44,241 nt of DNA from Heptranchias perlo (lineage: Eukaryota). Both the position numbers and the translations under genes were made by a program. The number at the start of each line of letters is the position of its first letter. Positions within the stretch are counted from its first letter, which is position 1. A model generated the notes under the pieces. That model was given only the letters and a program-made list of their open reading frames with translations. It did no database searches and had not been told where the DNA came from. The stretch is from the NCBI RefSeq assembly GCF_035084215.1, contig NW_027138525.1:1-44241 (forward strand), in the 5' to 3' direction. Of the stretch, positions 24,401-35,371 are shown one piece after another.

Positions 24401-27400
24401 AGTGTACAGATATATCCCTGAGAGAGAGGGGACTGAGAGACACCAGTCAGTGTACAGATATCTCCCTGAGAGAGAGAGGGACTGAGAGACACCAGTCAGT
24501 GTACAGATATCTCCCTGAGAGAGGGGACTGAGAGACACCAGTCAGTGTACAGATATCACCCTGAGAGAGAGGGACTGAGAGACACCAGTCAGTGTACAGA
24601 TATCTCCCTGAGAGAGAGGGACTGAGAGACACCAGTCAGTGTACAGATATCTCCCTGAGAGAGAGGGGACTGAGAGACACCAGTCAGTGTACAGATATCT
24701 CCCTGAGAGAGAGGGGACTGAGAGACACCAGTCAGTGTACAGATATCTCCCTGAGAGAGAGGGACTGAGAGACACCAGTCAGTGTACAGATATCACCCTG
24801 AGAGAGAGGGACTGAGAGACACCAGTCAGTGTACAGATATCTCCCTGAGAGAGAGGGGACTGAGAGACACCAGTCAGTGTACAGATATCTCCCTGAGAGA
24901 GAGGGACTGAGAGACACCAGTCAGTGTACAGATATCTCCCTGAGAGAGAGGGGACTGAGAGACACCAGTCAGTGTACAGATATCTCCCTGAGAGAGGGGA
25001 CTGAGAGACACCAGTCAGTGTACAGATATCACCCTGAGAGAGAGGGGACTGAGAGACACCAGTCAGTGTACAGATATCACCCTGAGAGAGAGGGGACTGA
25101 GAGACACCAGTCAGTGTACAGATATCTCCCTGAGAGAGAGAGGACTGAGAGACACCAGTCAGTGTACAGATATCTCCCAGAGAGAGAGGGGACTGAGAGA
25201 CACCAGTCAGTGTACAGATATCTCCCTGAGAGAGAGGGGACTGAGAGACACCAGTCAGTGTACAGATATCACCCTGAGAGAGAGGGACTGAGAGACACCA
25301 GTCAGTGTACAGATATCTCCCTGAGAGAGGGGAGACTGAGAGACACCAGTCAGTGTACAGATATCTCCCTGAGAGAGAGAGGACTGAGAGACACCAGTCA
25401 GTGTACAGATATCTCCCCGAGAGAGAGGGGACTGAGAGACACCAGTCAGTGTACAGATATCTCCCTGAGAGAGGGGAGACTGAGAGACACCAGTCAGTGT
25501 ACAGATATCTCCCCGAGAGAGAGGGGACTGAGAGACACCAGTCAGTGTACAGATATCTCCCTGAGAGAGAGGGGACTGAGAGACACCAGTCAGTGTACAG
25601 ATATCTCCCTTAGAGAGAGGGGACTGAGAGACACCAGTCAGTGTACAGATATCTCCCTGAGAGAGAGGGGACTGAGAGACACCAGTCAGTGTACAGATAT
25701 CTCCCTGAGAGAGAGGGGACTGAGAGACACCAGTCAGTGTACAGATATCTCCCTGAGAGAGAGGGGACTGAGAGACACCAGTCAGTGTACAGATATCTCC
25801 CTGAGAGAGAGGGACTGAGAGACACCAGTCAGTGTACAGATATCTCGCGAGAGAGAGAGAGGGGACTGAGAGACACCAGTCAGTGTACAGATATCTCCCC
25901 GAGAGAGAGAGGGGACTGAGAGACACCAGTCAGTGTACAGATATCTCGCCGAGAGAGAGAGGGGACTGAGAGACACCAGTCAGTGTACAGATATCTCCCT
26001 GAGAGAGAGGGACTGAGAGACACCAGTCAGTGTACAGATATCACCCTTAGAGAGAGGGGACTGAGAGACACCAGTCTGTGTACAGATATCACCCTGAGAG
26101 AGAGGGGACTGAGAGACACCAGTCAGTGTACAGATATCTCCCTGAGAGAGAGAGGGACTGAGAGACACCAGTCAGTGTACAGATATCTCCCTGAGAGAGA
26201 GAGGGGACTGAGAGACACCAGTCAGTGTGCAGATATCTCCCTGAGAGAGAGGGACTGAGAGACACCAGTCAGTGTACAGATATCTCCCTGAGAGAGAGGG
26301 GACTGAGAGACACCAGTCAGTGTACAGATATCACCCTGAGAGAGAGGGACTGAGAGACACCAGTCAGTGTACAGATATCTCCCTGAGAGAGAGAGGGACT
26401 GAGAGACACCAGTCAGTGTACAGATATCTCCCCGAGAGAGAGGGGACTGAGAGACACCAGTCAGTGTACAGATATCTCCCTGAGAGAGAGGGACTGAGAG
26501 ACACCAGTCAGTGTACAGATATCTCCCTGAGAGAGAGGGACTGAGAGACACCAGTCAGTGTACAGATATCTCCCTGAGAGAGAGAGAGGGGACTGAGAGA
26601 CACCAGTCAGTGTACAGATATCTCCCTGAGAGAGAGGGACTGAGAGACACCAGTCAGTGTACAGATATCTCCCTGAGAGAGAGGGACTGAGAGACACCAG
26701 TCAGTGTACAGATATCTCCCTGAGAGAGAGAGAGGGGACTGAGAGACACCAGTCAGTGTACAGATATCTCGCGAGAGAGAGAGAGAGGGGACTGAGAGAC
26801 ACCAGTCAGTGTACAGATATCTCCCTGAGAGAGAGAGGACTGAGAGACACCAGTCAGTGTACAGATATCTCCCTGAGAGAGAGGGGACTGAGAGACACCA
26901 GTCAGTGTACAGATATCTCCCTGAGAGAGAGGGGACTGAGAGACACCAGTCACTGTACAGATATCTCCCTGAGGGAGAGGGGACTGAGAGACACCAGTCA
27001 GTGTACAGATATCTCCCTGAGAGAGAGGGGACTGAGAGACACCAGTCAGTTTACAGATATCTCCCTGAGAGAGAGGGGACTGAGAGACACCAGTCAGTGT
27101 ACAGATATCTCCCTGAGAGAGAGGGACTGAGAGACACCAGTCAGTGTACAGATATCTCCCTGAGAGAGAGGGACTGAGAGACACCAGTCAGTGTACAGAT
27201 ATCTCCCTGAGAGAGAGGGACTGAGAGACACCAGTCAGTGTACAGATATCTCCCTGAGAGAGAGGGACTGAGAGACACCAGTCAGTGTACAGATATCTCC
27301 CTGAGAGAGAGAGGACTGAGAGACACCAGTCAGTGTACAGATATCTCCCTGAGAGAGAGGGACTGAGAGACACCAGTCAGTGTACAGATATCTCCCTGAG

Positions 27401-30400
27401 AGAGAGGGGACTGAGAGACACCAGTCAGTGTACAGATATCTCCCTGAGAGAGAGAGGGGACTGAGAGACACCAGTCAGTGTACAGATATCTCCCTGAGAG
27501 AGAGGGACTGAGAGACACCAGTCAGTGTACAGATATCTCCCTGAGAGAGAGGGACTGAGAGACACCAGTCAGTGTACAGATATCTCCCTGAGAGAGAGGG
27601 GACTGAGAGACACCAGTCAGTGTACAGATATCTCCCTGAGAGAGAGAGGACTGAGAGACACCAGTCAGTGTACAGATATCTCCCTGAGAGAGAGGGACTG
27701 AGAGACACCAGTCAGTGTACAGATATCTCCCTGAGAGAGAGGGACTGAGAGACACCAGTCAGTGTACAGATATCTCCCTGAGAGAGAGAGGGGACTGAGA
27801 GACACCAGTCAGTGTACAGATATCTCCCTGAGAGAGAGGGGACTGAGAGACACCAGTCAGTGTACAGATATCTCCCTGAGAGAGAGAGGGGACTGAGAGA
27901 CACCAGTCAGTGTACAGATATCTCCCTGAGAGAGAGGGACTGAGAGACACCAGTCAGTGTACAGATATCTCCCTGAGAGAGAGAGGGGACTGAGAGACAC
28001 CAGTCAGTGTACAGATATCTCCCTGAGAGAGAGGGGACTGAGAGACACCAGTCAGTGTACAGATATCTCCCTGAGAGAGAGGGACTGAGAGACACCAGTC
28101 AGTGTACAGATATCTCCCTGAGAGAGAGGGGACTGAGAGACACCAGTCAGTGTACAGATATCTCCCTGAGAGAGAGGGGACTGAGAGACACCAGTCAGTG
28201 TACAGATATCTCCCTGAGAGAGAGGGGACTGAGAGACACCAGTCAGTGTGCAGATATCTCCCTGAGAGAGAGAGGACTGAGAGACACCAGTCAGTGTACA
28301 GATATCTCCCTGAGAGAGAGGGACTGAGAGACACCAGTCAGTGTACAGATATCTCCCTGAGAGAGAGGGACTGAGAGACACCAGTCAGTGTACAGATATC
28401 TCCCTGAGAGAGAGGGGACTGAGAGACACCAGTCAGTGTACAGATATCTCCCTGAGAGAGAGGGGACTGAGAGACACCAGTCAGTGTACAGATATCTCCC
28501 TGAGAGAGAGGGGACTGAGAGACACCAGTCAGTGTACAGATATCTCCCTGAGAGAGAGGGACTGAGAGACACCAGTCAGTGTACAGATATCTCCCTGAGA
28601 GAGAGAGAGAGAGGGGACTGAATTCTCTCTGATCTTTTCCAGAACCTCCGCAGGTGAGGCTATTGCCAGAGGTGCTGTATTTCCGGGAGGGAATGAGAGA
28701 GACGTTGTCCTGTGAGATTGGGCGATATTACCCTCTGGACGTGACAGTGACCTGGTCGCTGGTCAATCCCCTGGACAATCTCGGAGCTCGACCCATGTCC
28801 CCGGTCACCTACACCAGCCACCGTCAAAACAAGGAAGGCACTTTTAACATCACAGCTCAGATTGAACTGGCCCCAGGTCCAGACGAGACAGAGGTTGTCT
28901 ACACCTGTGAGGTCTCCCACGTCGCCTTGGAGACTCCTCTCTCCAGGAGCCTCCGTCTGCGAAGATCGGCCGGTAAGGAGAGGGTTAATCCCCCCCCTCC
29001 GATAGGGGAACGGGCCGGTGTCTGTAACCGGGAGGAGGTGGGCGAGAGGGTTAATCCCCCTCCGATAGGGGAACGGGCCGGTGTCTGTAACCGGGAGGAG
29101 GTGGGCGAGAGGGTTAATCCCCCTCCGATAGGGGAACGGGCCGCCCTGGTGTCTGTAACCGGGAGGAGGTGGGCGAGAGGGTTAATCCCCCTTCCGATCG
29201 GGGCTGGATTATTTGCCTCCGTGCCGCCTCCCATAGTCGAATGGCCTCTGGCTCCCTCTGCCTTCGCTCAGAAAGTGGAAAGTGTCAGGGGCGGGGGGAG
29301 GTGGGATGGAATTGTCGTGAGGTTAACCCGGACCCCCGGGGAGGTTTGGGCGGGGACAGAGAGAGTTTCGAGGTTGGAATCCATCCAATGTTCCCATTTC
29401 CCCCCTCTCGTTGGTCTCTAATCTTCTCCCTCCTCTTCCTCCCCCCCCACCCCGCCTTCCCCCCTCTTTCAGAATCCACGGAGAGCAGTCACTCAGCGCT
29501 GTACGGGACCCTCATCGCCTCCGTCCTGTTCGTCCTCGCAATCGTACATTACTGTCGACAGCATCGAGGACCAGCGGGTAAGGTAGCAGAACACTCCGAG
29601 AACCTCGGAGGAGATTGAGTTAACGGGACCCCTTTTAAAGAGGGAGTCTCTCTCTCTCTCCATCAGAGACCCCTTTTAAAGGGGGAGTCTCTCTATCAGG
29701 GACCCCCTTTAAAGAGGGAGTCTCTCTATCAGGGACCCCCTTTAAAGAGGGAGTCTCTCTATCAGGGACCCCTTTTAAAGAGGGAGTCTCACCGTCAGGG
29801 ACCCCTTTTAAAAAGGGAGTCTCTCTCCGTCAGGGACCCCTTTTAAAGAGGGAGTCTCTCTATCAGGGACCCCTTTTAAAGAGGGAGTCTCTCTATCAGG
29901 GACCCCTTTTAAAGAGGGAGTCTCTCTATCAGGGACCCCCTTTAAAGAGGGAGTCTCTCTATCAGGGACCCCTTTTAAAGAGGGAGTCTCTCCGTCAGAG
30001 ACCCCTTTTAAAGAGGGAGTCTCTCTCTCTCCATCAGGGACCCCTTTTAAAGAGGGAGTCTCTCTCCGTCAGGGACCCCTTTTAAAGAGGGAGTCTCTCT
30101 ATCAGGGACCCCTTTTAAAGAGAGAGTCTCTCCGTCAGAGACCCCTTTTAAAGAGGGAGTCTCTCTCTCTCCATCAGGGACCCCCTTTAAAGAGGGAGTC
30201 TCTCTATCAGGGACCCCTTTTAAAGAGGGAGTCTCTCTCTCTCCGTCAGAGACCCCTTTTAAAGAGGGAGTCTCTCTCTCTCTCCGTCAGAGACCCCTTT
30301 TAAAGAGGGAGTCTCTCTCTCTCCATCAGGGACCCCTTTTAAAGAGGGAGTCTCTCCGTCAGGGACCCCTTTCAAAGAGGGAGTCTCTCTCTCTCTCCAT

Positions 30401-33400
30401 CAGGGACCCCTTTTAAAGAGGGAATCTCTCTCTCTCTCCGTCAGAGACCCCTTTTAAAGAGGGAGTCTCTCCATCAGGGACCCCTTTTAAAGAGGGAGTC
30501 TCTCCGTCAGGGACCCCTTTTAAAGAGGGAGTCTCCCTCCCTCCGTCAGGGACCCCTTTTAAAGAGGGAGTCTCTCCGTCAGGGACCCCTTTTAAAGAGG
30601 GAGTCTCTCTCCCTCCGTCAGGGACCCCTTTTAAAGAGGGAGTCTCTCTCCGTCAGAGACCCCTTTTAAAGAGGGAGTCTCTCCATCAGGGACCCCTTTT
30701 AAAGAGGGAGTCTCTCTCTCTCTATCAGGGACCCCTTTTAAAGAGGGAGTCTCTCCGTCAGAGACCCCTTTTAAAGAGAGAGTCTCTCTCTCTCCGTCAG
30801 AGACCCCTTTTAAAGAGGGAGTCTCTCCATCAGGGACCCCTTTTAAAGAGAGAGTCTCTCCATCAGGGACCCCTTTTAAAGAGGGAGTCTCTCTCTCTCT
30901 CCATCAGGGACCCCTTTTAAAGAGGGAGTCTCTCCATCAGGGACCCCTTTTAAAGAGGGAGTCTCTCCGTCAGGGACCCCTTTTAAAGAGGGAGTCTCTC
31001 TCCCTCCATCAGGGACCCCTTTTAAAGAGGGAGTCTCTCTCTCTCTCCATCAGGGACCCCTTTTAAAGAGGGAGTCTCTCCATCAGGGACCCCTTTTAAA
31101 GAGGGAGTCTCTCTCCCTCCGTCAGGGACCCCTTTTAAAGAGGGAGTCTCTCTCTCTCTCCGTCAGGGACCCCTTTTAAAGAGGGAGTCTCTCTCTCTCT
31201 ATCAGGGACCCCCTTTAAAGAGGGAGTCTCTCCGTCAGAGACCCCTTTTAAAGAGGGAGTCTCTCTCTCTCCATCAGGGACCCCTTTTAAAGAGGGAGTC
31301 TCTCTCCCTCCGTCAGGGACCCCTTTTAAAGAGGGAGTCTCTCTCTCTCTATCAGGGACCCCTTTTAAAGAGGGAGTCTCTCTCTCTCTATCAGGGACCC
31401 CCTTTAAAGAGGGAGTCTCTCTGTCGGGACCCCTTTTAAAGAGGGAGTCTCTCCGTCAGTGACCCCTTTTAAAGAGGGAGCCTCTCTCTCTCTATCAGGG
31501 ACCCCCTTTAAAGAGGGAGTCTCTCTGTCGGGACCCCTTTTAAAGAGGGAGTCTCTCCGTCAGGGACCCCTTTTAAAGAGGGAGTCTCTCTCCCTCCGTC
31601 AGGGACCCCTTTTAAAGAGGGAGTCTCTCTCTCTCTATCAGGGACCCCTTTTAAAGAGGGAGTCTCTCCATCAGGGACCCCTTTTAAAGAGGGAGTCTCT
31701 CCGTCAGAGACCCCTTTGAAAGAGGGAGTCTCTCCGTCAGAGACCCCTTTTAAAGAGGGAGTCTCTCCATCAGGGACCCCTTTTAAAGAGGGAGTCTCTC
31801 TCTCTCTATCAGGGACCCCTTTTAAAGAGGGAGTCTCTCCGTCAGGGACCCCTTTTAAAGAGGGAGTCTCTCTCTCTCCGTCAGAGACCCCTTTTAAAGA
31901 GAGAGTCTCTCCATCAGGGACCCCTTTTAAAGAGGGAGTCTCTCCGTCAGGGACCCCTTTTAAAGAGGGAGTCTCTCTCTCTCCGTCAGAGACCCCTTTT
32001 AAAGAGAGAGTCTCTCCATCAGGGACCCCTTTTAAAGAGGGAGTCTCTCCGTCAGGGACCCCTTTTAAAGAGGGAGTCTCTCTCTCTCTATCAGGGACCC
32101 CCTTTAAAGAGGGAGTCTCTCTGTCGGGACCCCTTTTAAAGAGGGAGTCTCTCTCCCTCCGTCAGGGACCCCTTTTAAAGAGGGAGTCTCTCTCTCTCTA
32201 TCAGGGACCCCTTTAAAAGAGGGAGTCTCTCTCTCTCTATCAGGGACCCCTTTTAAAGAGGGAGTCTCTCTCTCTCTATCAGGGACCCCCTTTAAAGAGG
32301 GAGTCTCTCTGTCGGGACCCCTTTTAAAGAGGGAGTCTCTCCGTCAGTGACCCCTTTTAAAGAGGGAGTCTCTCCGTCAGTGACCCCTTTTAAAGAGGAA
32401 GCCTCTCTCTCTCTATCAGGGACCCCCTTTAAAGAGGGAGTCTCTCTGTCGGGACCCCTTTTAAAGAGGGAGTCTCTCCGTCAGGGACCCCTTTTAAAGA
32501 GGGAGTCTCTCTCCCTCCGTCAGGGACCCCTTTTAAAGAGGGAGTCTCTCTCCCTCCGTCAGAGACCCCTTTAAAGAGGGAGTCTCTCTGTCAGGGACCC
32601 CTTTTAAAGAGGGAGTCTCTCTCTCTCTCCATCAGGGACCCCTTTTAAAGAGGGAATCTCTCTCTCTCTCCGTCAGAGACCCCTTTTAAAGAGGGAGTCT
32701 CTCCATCAGGGACCCCTTTTAAAGAGGGAGTCTCTCCGTCAGGGACCCCTTTTAAAGAGGGAGTCTCCCTCCCTCCGTCAGGGACCCCTTTTAAAGAGGG
32801 AGTCTCTCCGTCAGGGACCCCTTTTAAAGAGGGAGTCTCTCTCCCTCCGTCAGGGACCCCTTTTAAAGAGGGAGTCTCTCTCCGTCAGAGACCCCTTTTA
32901 AAGAGGGAGTCTCTCCATCAGGGACCCCTTTTAAAGAGGGAGTCTCTCTCCGTCAGAGACCCCTTTTAAAGAGGGAGTCTCTCCGTCAGAGACCCCTTTT
33001 AAAGAGAGAGTCTCTCTCTCTCCGTCAGAGACCCCTTTTAAAGAGGGAGTCTCTCCATCAGGGACCCCTTTTAAAGAGAGAGTCTCTCTCTCTCCGTCAG
33101 AGACCCCTTTTAAAGAGAGAGTCTCTCTCTCTCCGTCAGAGACCCCTTTTAAAGAGGGAGTCTCTCCATCAGGGACCCCTTTTAAAGAGAGAGTCTCTCC
33201 ATCAGGGACCCCTTTTAAAGAGGGAGTCTCTCTCTCTCTCCATCAGGGACCCCTTTTAAAGAGGGAGTCTCTCCATCAGGGACCCCTTTTAAAGAGGGAG
33301 TCTCTCCGTCAGGGACCCCTTTTAAAGAGGGAGTCTCTCTCCCTCCGTCAGGGACCCCTTTTAAAGAGCGAGTCTCTCTCTCTCCGTCAGGGACCCCTTT

Positions 33401-35215
33401 TAAAGAGGGAGTCTCTCCATCAGGGACCCCCTTTAAAGAGGGAGTCTCTCTGTCGGGACCCCTTTTAAAGAGGGAGTCTCTCCGTCAGAGACCCCTTTTA
33501 AAGAGGGAATCTCTCTGTCAGGGACCCCTTTTAAAGAGGGAGTCTCTCTGTTAGAGACCCCTTTTAAAGAGGGAGTCTCTCCATCAGGGACCCCTTTTAA
33601 AGAGGGAGTCTCTCCGTCAGAGACCCCTTTGAAAGAGGGAGTCTCTCTGTTAGAGACCCCTTTTAAAGAGGGAGTCTCTCCATCAGGGACCCCTTTTAAA
33701 GAGGGAGTCTCTCCGTCAGAGACCCCTTTGAAAGAGGGAGTCTCTCTGTTAGAGACCCCTTTTAAAGAGGGAGTCTCTCCATCAGGGACCCCTTTTAAAG
33801 AGGGAGTCTCTCCGTCAGAGACCCCTTTTAAAGAGGGAGTCTCTCTATCAGGGACCCCTTTTAAAGAGGGAGTCTCTCTATCAGGGACCCCTTTTAAAGA
33901 GGGAGTCTCTCCATCAGGGACCCCTTTTAAAGAGGGAGTCTCTCCGTCAGAGACCCCTTTGAAAGAGGGAGTCTCTCCGTCAGAGACCCCTTTTAAAGAG
34001 GGAGTCTCTCCATCAGGGACCCCTTTTAAAGAGGGAGTCTCTCCGTCAGAGACCCCTTTGAAAGAGGGAGTCTCTCCATCAGGGACCCCTTTTAAAGAGG
34101 GAGTCTCTCCGTCAGAGACCCCTTTTAAAGAGGGAGTCTCTCCATCAGGGACCCCTTTTAAAGAGGGAGTCTCTCCCTCTCTGTCAGGGACCCCTTTTAA
34201 AGAGGGAGTCTCACCGTCAGAGACCCCTTTTAAAGAGGGAGTCTCTCTCTCTCCATCAGAGACCCCTTTTAAAGAGGGAGTCTCTCTATCAGGGACCCCC
34301 TTTAAAGAGGGAGTCTCTCTATCAGGGACCCCCTTTAAAGAGGGAGTCTCTCTCTATCTGGGACCCCTTTTAAAGTGGGAGTTTCTCTCCGTCAGGGACC
34401 CCTTTTAAAGAGGGAGTCTCTCCGTCAGGGACCCCTTTTAAAGAGGGAGTCTCTCTATCAGGGACCCCTTTTAAAGAGGGAGTCTCTCTATCAGGGACCC
34501 CTTTTAAAGAGGGAGTCTCTCTCTCTCCGTCAGAGACCCCTTTTAAAGAGAGAGTCTCTCCGTCAGGGACCCCTTTTAAAGAGGGAGTCTCTCCGTCAGG
34601 GACCCCTTTTAAAGAGGGAGTCTCTCTCTCTCCGTCAGAGACCCCTTTTAAAGAGAGAGTCTCTCCGTCAGGGACCCCTTTTAAAGAGAGAGTCTCTCCG
34701 TCAGAGACCCCTTTTAAAGAGGGAGTCTCTCCGTCAGGGACCCCTTTTAAAGAGGGAGTCTCTCCGTCAGGGACCCCTTTTAAAGAGGGAATCTCTCTCT
34801 CTCTCTCCATCAGGGACCCCTTTTAAAGAGGGAGTCTCTCTATCAGGGACCCCTTTTAAAGAGGGAGTCTCTCCGTCATGGGAACGCAGAGCAGGAAACA
34901 CCCAGGCTGTATCCCCGGCCTTGGCTGTCTCGAGGACCCCCTCCCCCCATTAGAAATCTAACCCCTTTCTCCTTCTCTCCTTCTCCCCCAGGACCCCTGA
35001 ACGGAGCAGGACAGGCCGAGGTGAGTTCGTCGCCCATTCTCCCCGACCCCAGCCCATCGCGCCCTCTTGGCGCAAAAGAAAATGGCCGCCGGGCCACTGG
35101 GCCCCAGAGCCTGCCTCTCGATTAGCCCTGGCAAACCCGCCGTCTGGCGTCACTGACCGCCCACCCCCGCCAACTGCTTTCAACTTTCGTCCCATCGCAG
35201 GTGAGGCCGAACTGA
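12378..35215 (+). CDS. TAPBPL: TAPBPR (tapasin-related protein), complete 8-exon gene, 460 aa: join(12378..12414,16423..16662,19793..20083,22323..22658,28643..28972,29473..29577,34992..35020,35201..35215)
   Basis: All introns are GT-AG with consistent phases (1,1,1,1,1,1,0) and there is no internal stop. Motifs RQAVDLVLDCW, IIFEG, LLHADC..VSCEI, LNLPLS.RGT, LDCGF..SVEWRLQHKG.G, DEGTYIC, YYPLDV.VTW, YTCEVSH.ALE.PL and the TM IASVLFVLAI align co-linearly with human TAPBPR as recalled. Confidence 0.92.
12440..16405 (+). repeat. 63-bp minisatellite filling TAPBPL intron 1 (CTGGGAGTGTTTGATGGGACAGTGTAGAGGGAGCTTTACTCTGTATCTAACCCTGTACCTGCC), ~63 copies
   Basis: Highly homogeneous tandem units, with 64-bp variants containing CTGACCC. 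Confidence 0.97.
16423..16662 (+). CDS. TAPBPL: TAPBPL exon 2 (N-terminal domain including the peptide-editing loop)
   Basis: CCCAG|TC acceptor; VLGLRAQSEPLSPRQAVDLVLDCWFVKQGGRLTTFGGGFNRDKALFVLRNISV...DLIIFEGV; G|GTGAGA donor. Confidence 0.93.
16672..19075 (-). mobile_element. CR1-type LINE 3' fragment with an internal deletion, hosting the 51-bp array
   Basis: The minus strand reads KSREVLLNLYRTLV.PH.EHCAQFWSPY (CR1 ORF2 C-terminal region). After the array it reads DLMEVFKIMKGFDRVDVEK... and continues into CR1-like 3' sequence toward 16680. Confidence 0.85.
17056..19025 (-). repeat. 51-bp minisatellite, ~38 copies, derived from CR1 ORF2 (YTLVRPHLEHCAQFWSP)n
   Basis: Unit CACAGTGCTCCAAGTGTGGTCTAACCAAGGTATATGGAGACCAGAACTGTG, in frame with the flanking unique CR1 sequence. 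Confidence 0.95.
19138..19283 (+). mobile_element. Short degenerate L2-type LINE 3' fragment
   Basis: CTCCTCCAGCCCC...CCCTCCGAGATCTCTGCACTCCTCCAATTCTGGCC...CTCTGGAAT resembles the reverse complement of the L2 sequence at ~39410-39555. Confidence 0.6.
19283..19690 (+). repeat. 33-bp minisatellite CTCAGTACTGACCCTCCGACAGTGCGGCGCTCC, ~12 copies
   Basis: Direct tandem units. The reverse complement (CAGTACTGAGGGAGCGCCGCACTGTCGGAGG) resembles Deu-domain SINE sequence (from memory, unverified). Confidence 0.9.
19793..20083 (+). CDS. TAPBPL: TAPBPL exon 3 (second half of the N-terminal domain); not present as an ORF in the supplied track
   Basis: Long polypyrimidine tract + CCAG|TT. Reads VSDVPIPDGDLLLHADCGGQDVSCEIASFHPERGPGEEEEDEASASWFIGSLRIEGGALSICLVMRNVPVPGEERVGRASNEGLNLPLSARGTISLS, then G|GTACGC donor. 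291 nt, phase preserved. Confidence 0.93.
20107..22291 (+). repeat. 45-bp minisatellite filling intron 3 (CCATTGGGATTGTGTACAGTGGGAGTGAATGGGAAGGGGTTTGGT), ~48 copies
   Basis: Homogeneous tandem units, each with four GGG(G) runs. Confidence 0.97.
22323..22658 (+). CDS. TAPBPL: TAPBPL exon 4 (IgV domain)
   Basis: CCCAG|TG; VNFLVFTRTPTIKTGLGQSVLLDCGF...SVEWRLQHKGSGRMVY...EGNVSLRLDDFTVRDEGTYICTVRGSVGQAQQTIQVQVL; G|GTACGT. Confidence 0.95.
22668..28620 (+). repeat. ~48-bp minisatellite filling intron 4 (GAGAGACACCAGTCAGTGTACAGATATCTCCCT(GA)nGGGGACT), ~120-125 copies
   Basis: Tandem units whose length varies with the internal (GA)n microsatellite. Confidence 0.97.
28643..28972 (+). CDS. TAPBPL: TAPBPL exon 5 (IgC1 domain)
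   Basis: TTTTCCAG|AA; EPPQVRLLPE...LSCEIGRYYPLDVTVTW...TSHRQNKEGTFNITA...YTCEVSHVALETPLSRSLRLRRSA; G|GTAAGG. Confidence 0.95.
28978..29200 (+). repeat. Short ~63-bp tandem repeat (~3.5 copies) at the start of intron 5
   Basis: GAGAGGGTTAATCCCC..CCGATAGGGGAACGGGCCGGTGTCTGTAACCGGGAGGAGGTGGGC at ~28978, 29044, 29107 and (partial) 29175. Confidence 0.9.
29473..29577 (+). CDS. TAPBPL: TAPBPL exon 6 (transmembrane)
   Basis: Polypyrimidine + TTTCAG|AA; ESTESSHSALYGTLIASVLFVLAIVHYCRQHRGPA; G|GTAAGG. Confidence 0.9.
29625..34877 (+). repeat. 33-41 bp quasi-palindromic minisatellite filling intron 6 (CAGGGACCCCTTTTAAAGAGGGAGTC(TC)nCGT), roughly 145 copies
   Basis: Tandem units with a variable (TC)n spacer. 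The core is an imperfect inverted repeat centred on TTTAAA. Confidence 0.97.
34992..35020 (+). CDS. TAPBPL: TAPBPL exon 7 (29-nt cytoplasmic exon, GPLNGAGQAE)
   Basis: CTAAC branch site, 25+ nt pyrimidine tract, CCAG| acceptor and consensus GAG|GTGAGT donor; phase 1 to 0. Confidence 0.75.
35201..35215 (+). CDS. TAPBPL: TAPBPL exon 8 coding part (VRPN*)
   Basis: CTGAC branch site and pyrimidine-rich CCCATCGCAG| acceptor 180 nt after exon 7. In-frame TGA at 35213-35215; downstream AATAAA at 37677. Confidence 0.6.
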   Translation: MRPN

Positions 35216-35371
35216 GCTCTTCGACATTTGGGCCGAGTCCGGGAGAGACCCGGTGGGGGGGACACCCCGTCCATCGAGAAGAGGAGACACGGAGCAGCGA
35301 GTCGGGACCAGGATCTCGGGCCGAGTGCCGAGTTCCCCAGCTCCCAGCCGGTGTGGTGAGCAGGGACTCGA

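Noticed and set aside
12378-35215. Calling the gene tapasin (TAPBP) or an antigen receptor/MHC gene
   Set aside because: It has a long editing loop, AVD.VLDC, LLHADC and YYPLDV motifs, no TM lysine, no KKxx, and is linked to SCNN1A; all of these fit TAPBPR. There are no V(D)J signals or peptide-binding domains.
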